In this document: positions 51,321 through 64,000 of the stretch, piece after piece
How the letters are laid out: each line of letters starts with the position of its first letter
Numbering within the stretch: the stretch's first letter is position 1
DNA from: Lama guanicoe
Taxonomy: Eukaryota
NCBI GenBank assembly: GCA_013239625.1
Contig: MU054098.1
Span: 2,233,104 to 2,297,103 of the forward strand
Reading direction: 5' to 3'
Length of the DNA: 64,000 nt
The notes under the pieces: generated by a model
Told to the model about the DNA's origin: nothing
Database searches by the model: none
Seen by the model: the letters and a program-made list of their open reading frames with translations, nothing else
Position numbers and translations under genes: made by a program

Positions 51321-52049
51321 TATAGGGTCTTCATTTTTTGATATATGATAAGAGATCTATTACAAGAGACTGAGAATCAGGAGACCTGACTATTCCCTTT
51401 AACAAATCACCTGTTTACTACAGCTGGCTTAAGGGTCAAATCAGAAAACGAACATAAGTGTGCTTTTCTTTGTGAACTGAAAAGATCACAAAAAATTTAA
51501 AAGAAAACGTTATATAAGACTATAAAACTCTAGTAGTAGGAAATGGGATTACACATATAATCATTCTAAGAAACCTTCTACAACAAAAAACTGAAAACAG
51601 CTTAACTTCAGGTAAGTCGTTAGTGAAAATGTTACGTTATTTTACTTTGATGTATAATACTGAAATTCATTGGGGAAGAATGATTTTGATTAGGTGGGAT
51701 TATAGAGACAATAAGAAACTTCATATAGAACTCACCTAGCAAATTTAGACTCTAGTCACTGCAAATACCACAAAGCTATTAGGTGAAAAAAAGCCAAACT
51801 CTGAAGATCTTTAGATTTCAAACTACTTGGCAGTCCCTCAGAGTCCAGCATACGCCCATAAAATTAAGGGTTGGAAGAAATATTATAGTCTAAACTGGAA
51901 GAAAAAAAATATAGTTGGATTAAATTGTCATTGATAACTTAATGATACCACTTTCTAATTGTGGCTGAAAGTTTTTATTCATTTAAATAATATTTTTAAA
52001 TGTTCAATCTTATTGAAACATATTGCTTAGCAAGGGAGTACATAAGAAA

Positions 52050-52560
52050 GACAACATGTGGGATTTAGACTCAAAAGAGCGGGGTTCACTCTCAATTCTG
52101 ATATTACCTACATGTTTGCCTTTGAGCAAGTTACTAATCTCTCTGTCCATGAGTTTCCTCATTCAAAAATGGGCCAAACACGGGGTAGAGGGTGGGAAGG
52201 GATAGACTGGGATTTCAAAATTGTAGAACAGATAAACAAGATTACACTGTATAGCACAGGGAAATATACACAAAATGTTATGATAAATCACAGAGAAAAA
52301 AATGTGACAATGAGTGTGTATATGTCCATGTATGACTGAAAAATTGTACTGAACACTGGAATTTGACACAACACTGTAAAGTGATTATGAATCAATAAAA
52401 ATGTAAAAAAAAAAAAAGTAAAAAGTAAAAAAAAAAAATGGGCCAAACAGTATCTCCTAGGGTTACTGGAGAATTACATAAGATGCCATACAATAAAAGT
52501 AGTTAGCCCAATACCTTCCTCTTTGTAGACATTCAGTAAATGTTAGTTTCTTTTACTATT
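52050..52560 (+). mobile_element. MIR interrupted by a young L1
   Basis: 'gagcaagttactaatctctctgtccatgagtttcctcatt' resumes after 52449 with 'ctagggttactggagaatt'. Confidence 0.7.
52181..52433 (+). mobile_element. Young short L1 3' end with 16-bp TSD
   Basis: aaaaatgggccaaaca at 52165-52180 and 52434-52449; long A tail; nearly identical to 50702-50850. Confidence 0.93.
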
Positions 52561-54284
52561 TTAATAAAAATGCTATAATGGAGACAAGAGGTTCAGAGGT
52601 ATCAGGTGAGTGGCAAAGCACACTAAACATTTTAATTTTTTTCATTATATCTCAGGAAGCTTTCCTATTCAATTTGTGAGTCCATAAGCCTAGGAAATAT
52701 TATCCAGCAAATGGATCATGGTGCAAAGATGGAAACTAATAGCTCCTTGAAAGTAGGTCTTACAAACCCAAGACATTGGACTTAGACAATGAGGTGGATG
52801 TAGTTTTGATAGCGACCTGTCTTCCTCTACTGTTTAATGACTCTAATAACCATTATCTTTCCTGGGCTGTACTCATGCCACTAATTCTCACCCTGTTTTA
52901 GAAACAGTGGTAAACTCTTCTATGCAATTAAATACTTGGAAATATTTAGAGACAAGTGCACGTGAGATTTGATTTTCATTGATACTACTTTAGAGGGGTG
53001 GATAAGGAAACCGGAATTTAAGAAAATTGTGTTAATGTGAGCTTGATGCCATAAACTGAAGCTTATAATTCATAAGCTTATTAGCTATAGTTAGAGTCAG
53101 GAATTACATTGAGCTCCAATTTCAGATACATTCCAACTATCAGCTTCCAGTAGCTTCTACTCCTCTAACCATCTCACTATTTCTTTTTCTCTCTCTCCAC
53201 CATTAATCACATCTGCTCTTTATCTCTCTAAGATACCATTTTGTTCCCCAAAAAGTAAATCACTTAATGCTTTTTCTAAAGTTTTGCTGCCTAACCTATC
53301 ACCATAGAGAATGTTCTACACATGCAGGAAAGGACATAGTGTGCAGCTACTTCAGTATGCCTATTAAATTTGTCTATGCTGTTGAAATTTTGAATCGTCT
53401 TTCAATTGAAGGAGAAAAGTAAACATAAAAGAAAGCAAGGGAAAGAGGGAAGAAGGGAAGCCATTATCTGACTCAACAGTAGGTAGATGCATCATGTAGG
53501 AAGAGGGCAGAGAACTAGAATCGACAACGTCTAAGACCTTCACTATTTCTCACTGTTTTGGGGGCCAGAAGAGACATTCAAAGATCAGGTATCCTTATAA
53601 CAAATCATTATTCTGCAAAGTTTGAACTGGCTGCAAAACCTGACTTCTAGATCCCTGCCCTACACAAAGGTCCGAGGCATGCCTAGCTCAGTCCAAGCCT
53701 GCAGTAGCTCTTTCCGGCAGTAGGGAAATCTCATTGTTGGTCTATACTGCTGACCTTTAGAAGAACCGAGAAGACTTTAGAATGTTCTTTCCCTCTCTTT
53801 CTCCTTTCATTTTTTGCTCTAGGGCTGATTATAGGTGTATTAAGTTCATTCAGTTCCCTATTTATAGGTTGTTATGAAATCTGGCTGTCAGTAATCAATA
53901 ACCCAGGGCTTGAAAGTTTCTGAAAAAGAAGTATTTTTTGTAGATATTAAAAGGTGAGCTTTTTATAAAGATTAATTAAGGTAACATTGTCTGAATTGGG
54001 TTGAGGGGGGGATGCTGAGATTCCATCATCTATAATGAGTACACCATGTAATTCAAGTGTCTTACTTAGAGAAGCTGGTAAATGAGAAGCCATATAAAGA
54101 ATAAGTAGAAGCTGGAAACTAGTTACTTAAATAGTGAAAAATAGCTCTTAACAAAAGCTATCTGACATTATTATTACTAATATTATATAATAACTCAATC
54201 GTACATATTTTGTTTCACTCATCAAAATGATGATGGCATAATGAACACAGGCACATGTCATCTTCTTCAACTGTGAAAATTATT

Positions 54285-54670
54285 TCCTCATTCATTCAAC
54301 AAATACTGAACACCTACTACGTGCCAGAGATTGTTCTAGATAGGTGGATGTTGAACAACATAGACATTGTACAAATCTGATGGTGGTAAGTGTGATGAAG
54401 AAAAACAAAGAAGGCTAGGCGACAGGGAGTGACAGGGGCTTCTATATTTGATCAGGTGGTTAAGGAAGGCCTCTATGATGCGGTGACATCTGGCCTGAGG
54501 GGAAGAATGTTCCAGAGAGAGGAAGAACAAGTTCCAAGGCTCTGAGATACAAGATTGAGAAAGATGATAGGTTCTGGCATACATGGCAGAAAGCAACCTG
54601 GGGGCAGGGGAAAGTGAAACCCAAGTCAAAACCATATTTGTAAATGAGAGTTGCTGGAAGAAGCACTGGT
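54285..54670 (-). mobile_element. L2 3' end
   Basis: 'cattcattcaacaaatactgaacacctactacgtgccag' and 'aggaaggcctc...ggtgacatctg'. Confidence 0.85.
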
Positions 54671-54720
54671 AATGACCCTTCTAGAGTTTTTAAGAGACTT
54701 TTTGACTATGCCATACCCAC

Positions 54721-54797
54721 TAGGTTGAACCATATGAATTTGCTGATATTTAACTGTCTTTACCTACAAAAATTTCAATTTCACATGGTTCAACCTA
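54721..54797. mobile_element. MADE2-like Mariner MITE
   Basis: Inverted ends taggttgaaccat ... atggttcaaccta, about 80 bp. Confidence 0.9.
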
Positions 54798-55369
54798 GTG
54801 AAACTTTATTACTGAATTTTGAAGGGACTTTGTTTAGGTTTTTTTTTTAAATCTTCTTTCATTAAAGGCTGAATGAGGGAAGACTTAGAAATTACTTGTT
54901 CCTCCTCACCCCCTTGCAAAATAGGGGTGCATAGCATTTATTTCATGCCAAGAATGATGAACACCATGTGATTGTCAGATGATAATGTCATATTATTAAC
55001 CCTCTTTGCATTTCATATTTGCAGCAGCATGTGGCTGAGCTCAAGCCCGTCTGTTAATCTTCCCCTTGTTCTGACTGGGGGCAGCCAAGTTTGATAGGTC
55101 TGCAATTTGGGCAAATGCTGTGCAGGAGACTAAAGAACAGCGGGAACAAATTGGTGTCGTTCTGTTCACATGCCAGCGAGAGAGTGTAAAGAGGCAGTTT
55201 ACTTTCCTGTTTGGGAGAAGTGGGAGGGAAAGATGCGGACTGTTAGTGGAGAGTAAATTGCTACTACATAGAAAAATGAACTGAAGGGATTTTTTTATTT
55301 TTGGTTGAGGGAGCATTTAATACAAAAGGGGTAATGTAGTGTTTGATGGTTCAAGATGACATCATTTGA

Positions 55370-55545
55370 ATCACAGAATACTAGATCTGGAAGGGCTCTG
55401 TGAGATTATCTAGTCTAATGTCCCTTTACAGTGGAGGAAATGGAGATTTGGAGAAGGAAAGCAACTTTCTCAAGATCACACAGCTAGTAACTGTAATCCC
55501 CCAAATGATATATGCCAAACCCGGGGAGCAGATCCAGGTTTGTAA
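55370..55545 (-). mobile_element. MIR
   Basis: 'tttacagtggaggaaatggag...caagatcacacagctagtaa'. Confidence 0.65.
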
Positions 55546-55629
55546 GGGGAACTCGAAACAACAGGGTTAACTGGACTCCTCTTGATTCTTGGTGCGTCAA
55601 CTTTACTATGAATTGGTCATTTAATATAA

Positions 55630-56310
55630 ACATGAATTGTTCATAATCAGAAATATGCAAATAAAAAGTCACTGGACTATCATTTTACACCTTTCAGGCC
55701 GACAAAAATCAGAAATTTGGATACTGCTAAGGGTTGGAAAGGATGAGGAAAAAGAGGAACAAACTCTCCTCCACTGCTGGTGGGAGTCAAAGCTGGTGCA
55801 GCCCTTCTGGAGAGCAATCTGGCACAACTCAGTCCAATGAAGAAAACACATATTTGATGGGCCAGCAATTCTCTTCTTGGTGTATGCCCCAAATACATTT
55901 TCACATGGCTCCGTTTGGGGACGTGCACACAGATGTTCCCTGCATCTCTGCCTGGGGAGGTAAGAGAGTCAGTAGCTATCTGAGTGTTCATCTCTGGGAA
56001 AATGGACAGGTGAGATGTGGTGGATATACACACTGGAGCGTAATGCCTCAGTGTAGCATCAGGTTAGGTGTACACAAAGACTATGGATGGCTCTTAACAT
56101 ACACAATGAGAGAGATTAAAAATGTAAAGTCTGAAAGGAGATCTATAATACATTACCATCTGCATAAATTAAAATGCATGCATATAAAACAATAGATTTT
56201 GGAATAATACATTCAAATAAAGGTACCCCAAAACACATGGGCCTGGTTGCATATGTTGGGGAAGAAAATGGGGAAGGAAGCTAAAGGGGAATAAAATTAA
56301 AATAAACAAG
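55630..56310 (+). mobile_element. Ancient L1ME-type ORF2 end and 3' UTR
   Basis: LLHCWWESKLVQPFWRAIW (55637-55840). Confidence 0.8.
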
Positions 56311-57597
56311 AGCTAGAGAGCCAGATTCATAAAAATTTTTTAAAGAAAACAGCAGATTTCAAATAAATGTTCTACTTGAGACTGGCTTTGGACTTTGTCC
56401 CCAGTCTTGTTAGTGGTGGGGGAGGGTGGGGAAGGCTACTCGTTCTGCCTTTAGGGTACTTTGGTGGAAGAATTTGAGAGGCCCTGAACCACTCAGGGTA
56501 ACCATGGGCTTCGCTTATGAATCAAACTGCTCCACCTTGGCCCCTCCAGTAACAACCTTGTCTTTGGCACTCTCTGAAGAGATACGTAGGCCAAAGGAAC
56601 CTGCTGGACCTACTTTCTACCATTTCCATTTTCAAATCCTTGTCACTTGGTTTCCGAAGGAAGAACTCCCTGCCTTGATCACCTCTGCCCCCATCCCTGC
56701 CCCAACTTCTGGAGCTTCCTCACCTCAACAGAATGAAGGCATCTTCTGCTTTCCTGCTGGCTTCTCCCAGGAGGGTTTGCTGTAAAGGCTGTCACTCCAT
56801 ATTTACTTTCCAGGCAACAGGAAAACGTTTATTACAGCCCATGACAGTCCATGATTAGCTCAGAACTTCCAAGTTTCACAATAAAAAGGAATGTTCTTAA
56901 AGCTGCAGAGCCCAGAATCTTGGGGCATGGAATTAACAGCCTGGAGGTGCACAAGGAGGGTAGAAGGAACAGGGATGCCTCTCCTTCAAGATCACTAAGG
57001 AGCTCGGTCAGAAATGGAGTGTGCATGGAATAGGAGAAAAACTTGGGAAAGCCTGAAAATGTATAAGAGAGTGTGAGAAACACTGGGCTGGTAGGACACG
57101 TTCCTCAGCAATCATGTCTTTTGTTTATAAAGAGCATATCGATGAGGAAAACGAAAGAACAATTTGTGAGGCTCCAATAAAAGAGCAGATGTGGAAGTAG
57201 CATAAAGTTTTAAGCTAACTGTATCATTTAAGTATTTTCAAATTTACAATCTGTCTAGTTGTCAAAACTCATGAAATTTCCAACATACGTGGCCTACCAA
57301 TTTCTCACTAACACAATAATCTCAAAAGTCCTTCATATATCCTTCACCCAGATCACCTTCCTTATCACTTCTTTGTCCCTTTTGCCCATTTTATAGGTGT
57401 CAGCATCTCTGTTGTTTCAGAGTACTTATCCTAGCCTCCAAGGAAACAGGGAGATAAGCTCCTGCCAACCAGGGCCAAAAAGTCCCCCTCACTAGGATTA
57501 CATATGGTGTCAGGGAGTTGTATATTACTTTAAGAAAACTAGGGCTGGGACTTGCTTGATCAGTTTTATCTTATTTTCTCGATGTCTAACTTCCCAA

Positions 57598-57885
57598 TGT
57601 GGTGTTGGAAAGTGGGTTTTAGCAGCAGTTAGACTTGGGTTCAAGGCTGTACCATGAAGTAACAAGTTACCTAATCTCTCTGAATCTCAGTTTCTTTACA
57701 CTAGCCAGTGCTTGTTATTTATATGTCTGGAGAATTGAATTCCAATCTATTAAACGATGGTGAATATATAGCTTTCTCACAGGATTGTTGTGATATAAGC
57801 AATATGTAGATAAACTATTAGTATAGTGTAAGCTTTATTTATATATATTATAGTGCTTGGTGTATGAAAGGCATTCAAAATTTGC
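57598..57885 (+). mobile_element. MIR (interrupted)
   Basis: 'caagttacctaatctctctgaatctcagtttc' and 'ctcacaggattgttgtga'. Confidence 0.7.
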
Positions 57886-58459
57886 CCACTTTCCTTTTGG
57901 TATCTCTTTCCTCTCTAATTCCATGCTGAGAATACTTACCTAGTCAGCCTCCCTGCCCTTTCTCTTTGGTATTCTCAAATTTCTCACTGACATCCATCTT
58001 CTTTCGGGAGGAGGAGAATTACTTTTAAAAAAAGACAAATTCTGTACAGTGTTTATTCCTGAAATGGCATCAGGGTTACACAGGGCCTTCAAATGTATTG
58101 TTAATGTTTAACTACTTACACTAAGTACTGGTTACATAAATGATTGTTATGGCAGAATCCATCTTTATGACTTTGTCATTGGGTGACCTTTGCTAGTTCC
58201 TATGAACCTTAATCAATCTCCTCTTCCTCTGATTCTTGCCAGGCTTATATCATCTTCAAGATCTATGACTGGGTTTGGCCTTCATATTACCATGCCTATT
58301 ATCAGTCTACTGCTCTCAGATAGGATATGCATTTTCTATGGTCGGGGGAGAAGACTGAGAAAGAGAGAGAGAGAGAAAGTGGGGGTGGGGTGGAGGAACT
58401 ATTTGGTCAACTTTGCTTTATTCCTCTTGTCACTTTGGAGTCATACAGCTGCTCTGGGA

Positions 58460-58610
58460 CCAAACCCCAAATTCATCGCTTGGAAACGAAGTGATATTGG
58501 CAACATATTTCATTTCTATAAGTCTCAAGTTTCTTTACCTGCAGAATGGAGATAATGGTGTGCATCTCACAGGGTGCTGTGAGAACTAAATGAGATCATG
58601 TATATCGTAG
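58460..58610 (+). mobile_element. MIR fragment
   Basis: 'aatggagataatggtg...ctcacagggtgctgtgagaactaaatgagat'. Confidence 0.65.
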
Positions 58611-59619
58611 GAAGTAACACACCAGAGGTTTCTAAACTTGTCACCACTCAAAGTCCCTCTTATTATCTTCCCCAACCACTACAACTGTATTTTGAGATTT
58701 TTTCTTTACGAAAATATATATAACTATTCTTTTCTTAAAAACATAAATAGCTACCAATCAGAATAGTCCCAAAGGTCTATATTACATCTATGAATTGCTA
58801 AATTCCTATCCAAAAGAGAAAAGATACTTTTTAGTCTGAGGAGCCGTATCTTAAGTAGTAAGTGTAAGATTTCAATTGACTGAAATTACTCCAAATTAGA
58901 AGCCATTAAGTGCTAAGTGTTTGCTATCTACCTCCCAGTCTACACTCCCCCTACCCCACACACACTCACACTCCCTGGCAGGTGTCATGCCCATCCAGTG
59001 CATTTTCTCAGCTCTCTTTTCTGATGTAGAATCTAGGTAAGTGGAATTACAAAATGAAGAGCTGATCTAGGGAAGAGGGATGGGGAGGAGAGAACGATGA
59101 ATCTCCCTGGGCTCCATATGCAAGAAAGGTTTAGGGAGAGAAAGTTGAGGAGAAATGGGACCTGGAGGCAGCTGTGGGGGGTGGAAAATACTGAGAGTAC
59201 AGGAAATGGCGAAGGGGATGCTGAAGAACTTTCTGTTCCTTATGAGTTTACTCTGTCTTTGGCACTCTAGAAAGAGTTTGCTGTGAATATTTTAACTGCT
59301 CTTCGATTAGTTTGGATGTGGGACTTGTCTCCCTTTGATTGTAATACTGTGGTAGATGGGGCCATGACAGAATTGAGCTTTATTCAAATTATACTGCAAG
59401 ATCTCTTCAACCAGATCAAGTTGTTTTCTAAACCTACCGCCTCATTCCTTAAGAGAAAGAACAAAGTCTTTAACTGTGAAATCTTCCCAAAGTTCTCCCA
59501 GGAATCCTGAGGTGTTTTCTCTAAAATACACTGACTTCTTCAACAGCTGGAACCCAAGCTCTGCTCCTTATTTGGCAGGATCTGCATCATTTCTAATCTG
59601 AATCTTAGACTTTTAATGA

Positions 59620-59830
59620 CAAGCTGTCATTTATTGAATACTTTCTCTGTTAGCACTTTACAGATACCATCTCACATAGTTCTTATAATAACTCTGTTAC
59701 ATGGGAATTATTATCCCTATTTTACAGATAAGGAAATAGATCAAAATAGATGAAGTGACTTTTCCAAAGTCAACCAGCAGAGCCATAATTCAAACCCAAA
59801 TCTGTCTGATGTCATGACCTATGCTTTCAA
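59620..59830 (-). mobile_element. MIR
   Basis: 'attattatccctattttacagataaggaaa...ttcaaacccaaatctgtctga'. Confidence 0.8.
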
Positions 59831-59964
59831 TTACTACACTTCGCTGCCTGGAAAGAGACTAATGGGTTACCTATCCTAGGAATATAAACATTTGAAATTA
59901 CCTACCCAAGGAATGACTCTGTACCAAGTTAGCAGCAGAGATATTTTGGACTAGGGGACTATTT

Positions 59965-60130
59965 GTAGCAAAAGCCTTGGGCAAGTCTCTTCTCTCTGAG
60001 CCTCAGTTTCCTCAACTCTGAAATGAGAACCCTAATACCTGCCACACACGGTTGTGTGCATGATTAAATGTGGAAAGAAATGTAACAGCACATGTGCTCA
60101 ACAAATGGTGGCTGTTGTTGCTGTTGCTAA
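59965..60130 (+). mobile_element. MIR
   Basis: 'ccttgggcaagtc...tctgagcctcagtttcctca'. Confidence 0.75.
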
Positions 60131-61270
60131 TACTATCGCCAAGGGAATGAATGGATCTTTATAAAGGAAGCAGTTCATTCAAGTGAACTAAGGTAGCCTT
60201 GGCTGTGAATAGGATACCATCTGTCTAGTGTCAATTATTTTTAGTGAAAGAAATGAACACGAAACCAGTGTTTTAGGTAGGGAAAGTCAGAGCAAACACT
60301 CTGAGGTGAGCGAGGGGCCTTTCTAAGTTCACAGGGTACCAAAGGGGATGGTGTCTGTGAAAGCAGAGAAAGTGGGTAAAGGGACTGAAAGGAAGTGAAT
60401 GTGAAAATTAGACAAATCAAGGAAGTAGCATGAGGGGGCAGGCCAGGCATCTACAAGGAAGATTTTAAAGCAAAGTTCAGGAAATCTGAAATACAGTAGT
60501 GAGTGGAGAGTACTGTTTAAGTTGCATTTAACTCTGGCTTACATGATGTAAGGGAAGGAATGTGTGCTCACTGGACTCTGCTTATTGAAAACAGAGGGGA
60601 AAGAAAAACAGTCTCAGTGATCCTGGCCACATGCGCTTTGTAGAAAGTTTAAACAAGAGTATTGCATCAGGATTCCTGTCCAATAGCCCTCATTCCCAGC
60701 CCCAGAAACAAAACCTGTTGGGATCCAGTGATTAAAAATCTGTTGGGATCCAGTGTTTAACCTGCTTCCCTAGGACTCATTTGAGAACCATCTTAGAAGT
60801 ACAGCTGATGGCCTATGAAATTATCAGGGAATTCGATGGGAAAGAGATCTCAGGAAGGCCAGCCCTCCCCCTCACAAACTGAAACTGGGGAAGAGAATTA
60901 GCAAGGGCCCCAGCTTCTCAGCTCCTCCCCCTCTCCCTCAGTGCTCTCCTGTTCTCAGCCTTATCACGTCCACTCCTACACACGATCACCACAATTTCCT
61001 CTCAGATATTTCATTCACATCCAGGTATAAACTACTCCTAACAGCTTCACAGGGCTTAAGGCTTCTTCAGTGCAGCTTATGTAACCCTGACAGTGCTTTG
61101 TAAACTTTACTCAAGCACCCCTAGGCCGAGAAGGAAAGACTATCCCCCAAGACATCAGAGGTATAACCGAAAGTGATTTGTTGCAAGACTGAAATTATTT
61201 TGCTGCCTCCTATTTTATTGTAAAACAAAAGACAAATATATGAATCTCACAATCTATTTCTATTAGATAT

Positions 61271-61621
61271 TGCTATGGACTCAATTGTGCTCCCCACAAC
61301 CCGGCAATCTATAAGTTGAAGCCCTACCCACAATGTGGTGGTATTTGGATATGGGGTTGGATGAGTTCATGAGGGTAGGGCCCTCGTGATGGCATTAGTA
61401 CCCTTAGAAGAAGAGAGCTTGCTACCTGTCTCTGCTATGTGAGGACAGGGAAAAGGTACCCGTCTGTGAGCCTGAAAGAGGGTCCTTACTGGAGAATCAA
61501 ACTGGCCAGCACAATGATCTCGGACTTCTAAGCCTCCATAGCTATGAGAAGTAAAACTTTGTTGTTTAAGCCACCATCCAGTCTGTGGTATTTTTTATGG
61601 CAGCCCAGGTTCACTAATACA
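61271..61621 (+). mobile_element. MaLR solo LTR (MLT1A/B-like)
   Basis: tgctatggactcaattgtg ... tgttgtttaagccacc...gtctgtggtattt...cactaataca. Confidence 0.9.
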
Positions 61622-62654
61622 GGTACTAATGCTTGTTTCCATATATAAATGATGGTTTAAATAATCTAAAGTTATCTACCTTTCCTTCCCTGAAATTTAG
61701 GAGTAAAAATTGACACCCAGAAAGATGTGTCTTATTTAACCCATTTCTTTGAGTGCCCCCTGCTCCTGAGGCCGATTTGGGAAGCACAGGCTGGGAAGGC
61801 TCTCTTGCCCACACTTTGCATAGTCCAGGAACATCTGCATTTCTACAGGAAGCAACATCCTTAACTGAAAGGTACTGAGTAATTGGAGGAAGTTTTATTT
61901 TTGGTTTATTAGAATCCTCCTGAATTCTCTGCCTTTCTGTAATATGTCAAGTGGTTTACTCTACCTAGGGTTTGGGCAATACTGACTCTAAGGTATTGCT
62001 GATGAGGACAGTATAGTTCAGCACACTGACTCATTAAGCTTGCGAATCACTTATGCCATTTGAGCCTCAGTTTTCTCATCTATCATATGGGGCCAATATA
62101 AATGGTACTACCTGCCTCACAAGGTTAGCATGACAGCAAATGAGTCCCACCTGTGAGTGAGTGGTGACATGGAAGAGAAGCCAGTAAGAGAATTATACGG
62201 GCAGATGCCGAGCAGTTCTTGCTGAGAGAGGAAAAAAAAAAAGATGGAAGAGCAACAGGAAGAATATCAGGGCAAGATTAAGAAAACTTAGCAGTACTCA
62301 AAGTTTGAATTAACCAAATGAGGGCACAGTGAGGGTCACATGTGAACGTAAACTCTGAGGACAACTAGAAGAAGGTGTTTTGGAATAGATGAGTTGAATG
62401 AAGGAATGGAGAAAAATGAAAGACATTTAAAAAAAAATTCTGAGGAATCGTATCATGTACCTCCTGTAGCACCTGTACAAAAGTCCAAAAACACTGAGAA
62501 GGGATCATCTGCAGTGAGGCAACCCTCTAAAGAAAATTTGCTGTGAAGTTACTTCCTTAGATAGGAAAGCAACATCCAACCAGGCAGACTGGGGATCCTG
62601 GTTATTGACATAGTATTTCTGTAATATGGACTAATAGACACGGGTGCAAGCATG

Positions 62655-62885
62655 GGTTTTGGTGTTTCTAAGTTCTTAATGTGAGCCTTTCTCCACCACT
62701 TACTGACTGGTTGACCTGGGACAAGTGCACCTCTCTGAACTTGAGCGACTTCCACTATCAAGTAGACACAACGCCTGCCCACAGGATTGCAAAAATTAAA
62801 TGAGATATGGCATGCAAATGCTGAAAGCAGAGATCCAAACAGAAAATGATTAATAAATGTTAGCTCCTGTCAGCTATTTGCTATT
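62655..62885 (+). mobile_element. MIR
   Basis: 'ccacttactgactggttgacctgggacaag...attaaatgagat...aataaatgttagct'. Confidence 0.7.
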
Positions 62886-63469
62886 ATCTCCTTAGTCAAT
62901 GACAGAAACAGGATCTGGAGATTTTAACCAGAGGAATTAGGATGGAAAGATCTGGAGCATGGGGAACTATTGAGAATGGCAGGTTGATGGGCTGAGTGCC
63001 AGCACGAAAGGACCTGGGATCCCAGAGGTGACACACACACACAAGGTTTATACCAGGTGCCGAGCAGAGAGGGACAGCGGCCCTGAAAGGAGGATAGGAA
63101 GTGCCAAGGACAAGCTCCTCATCTTTCAGGGGTCAGCTCTTGGCCATTCACGTTGTGCAGACAGCACTGGGACAAGCTTCGTGATGTGGCCACTGCAGAA
63201 GCCCTTCCACTTTGCTCCCACCAGCCTCCCAGAGAATAGTTTTCAATAGAGATGGCAGAGAGTGCTAAATGCTGTGGGGGAAGGAGACCCTGGTCTCCAC
63301 TGCATCCAATTTTTCTTCATAAGGCCAGCATATGACAGAGAGTGTTTACGAAGCCCTGGGCTCACTCAGCCGAGGCAAGGGGTTCCATTTCCCTTCTTCT
63401 ATCCCTCCCCTCTCCATAACTGATTACTTTCCAGGGTACCTAATTTTTTCAGTTAAAATAAAAGCATGC

Positions 63470-63715
63470 CTGTTAAGAGCTCTGGAATCAGCCTGACTAG
63501 GTTGGGAAGTTGACTCCTCCACTCACCTGTGTGGCCTTGGCAGCTCATGGAATCTTTCCACAGCTTGGTTTTCTTTCTTGTAAAATGGGGATAATTAGAA
63601 TTGACCTGACTTACAGGATTGTTGTGAGGCTTAAGTGAGGTAATACAGGTTAAGTTCTTCTCCTAGAGCCCTGGTGATGTCTAAATTCTCAATAAATAAT
63701 TGCTATGGCTATTTG
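63470..63715 (+). mobile_element. MIR
   Basis: 'ttaagagctctggaatcag...tgtaaaatggggataatt...ctcaataaata'. Confidence 0.8.
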
Positions 63716-64000
63716 ATTGTCACATGCTGTTCTCTGTGATCATGGTATCTCCTGTACCAGGTAAGGATTGCACGTTGTTCTCTTGACTAGCACACCATAG
63801 CTTACTCCCAGAATGTAAATGGCATCTGAACGAATGTGCTTCAAAATCAAATACTGATTGTGCAGAGCAATGCTGGAGTTTGAAGGGGGGAGGTATGGAG
63901 ATGGACACACAAATGCCCACTCACAATCGGCTCTCACTTACAAATCCGTCAGTCTCCCCTCTCCCAAGTGATGTTTGGCAAGGGGCTTTTGAAAAGCAAC

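Noticed and set aside
55734..56195. 153-aa ORF
   Set aside because: Lies in an ancient L1 3' end, in a frame that does not correspond to ORF2.
56426..56785. 119-aa ORF
   Set aside because: GTG start, no recognisable homology; length compatible with chance.
59283..59510. 75-aa ORF or possible exon
   Set aside because: No recognisable protein similarity and no clear splice-site pair.
60715..60755. Direct repeat ctgttgggatccagtg x2, superficially repeat-spacer-like
   Set aside because: Only two copies with a 9-bp spacer; a local tandem duplication in MER5-like sequence, not an array or CRISPR.

Overview
Mammalian genomic DNA that is AT-rich, CpG-poor and dominated by transposable elements, with one assembly gap (50370-50701). 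It is most likely camelid, inferred from a Vic-1-like tRNA-derived SINE and the style of the young L1 3' ends. I find no supportable host exon, RNA gene or CpG island; the ORF-track hits are L1 ORF2 debris, ERVL remnants or chance ORFs. The window holds several generations of LINE-1 (nearly all + strand), an ERVL gag-pro-pol remnant with an LTR33-like LTR, MaLR/ERV1 LTRs, hAT and Mariner MITEs, L2 and MIR. I see no evidence of a new biological system. The most interesting signals are structural oddities of retrotransposition: an orphan GC-rich insert in an L1, an L1 whose 5' UTR start is fused directly to ORF2 (ORF1 lost), tailless L1 fragments with TSD-like flanks, a 5'-inverted young L1, an intact solo LTR and foldback palindromes. 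Repeat family names are recalled from consensus sequences, not from a database search.
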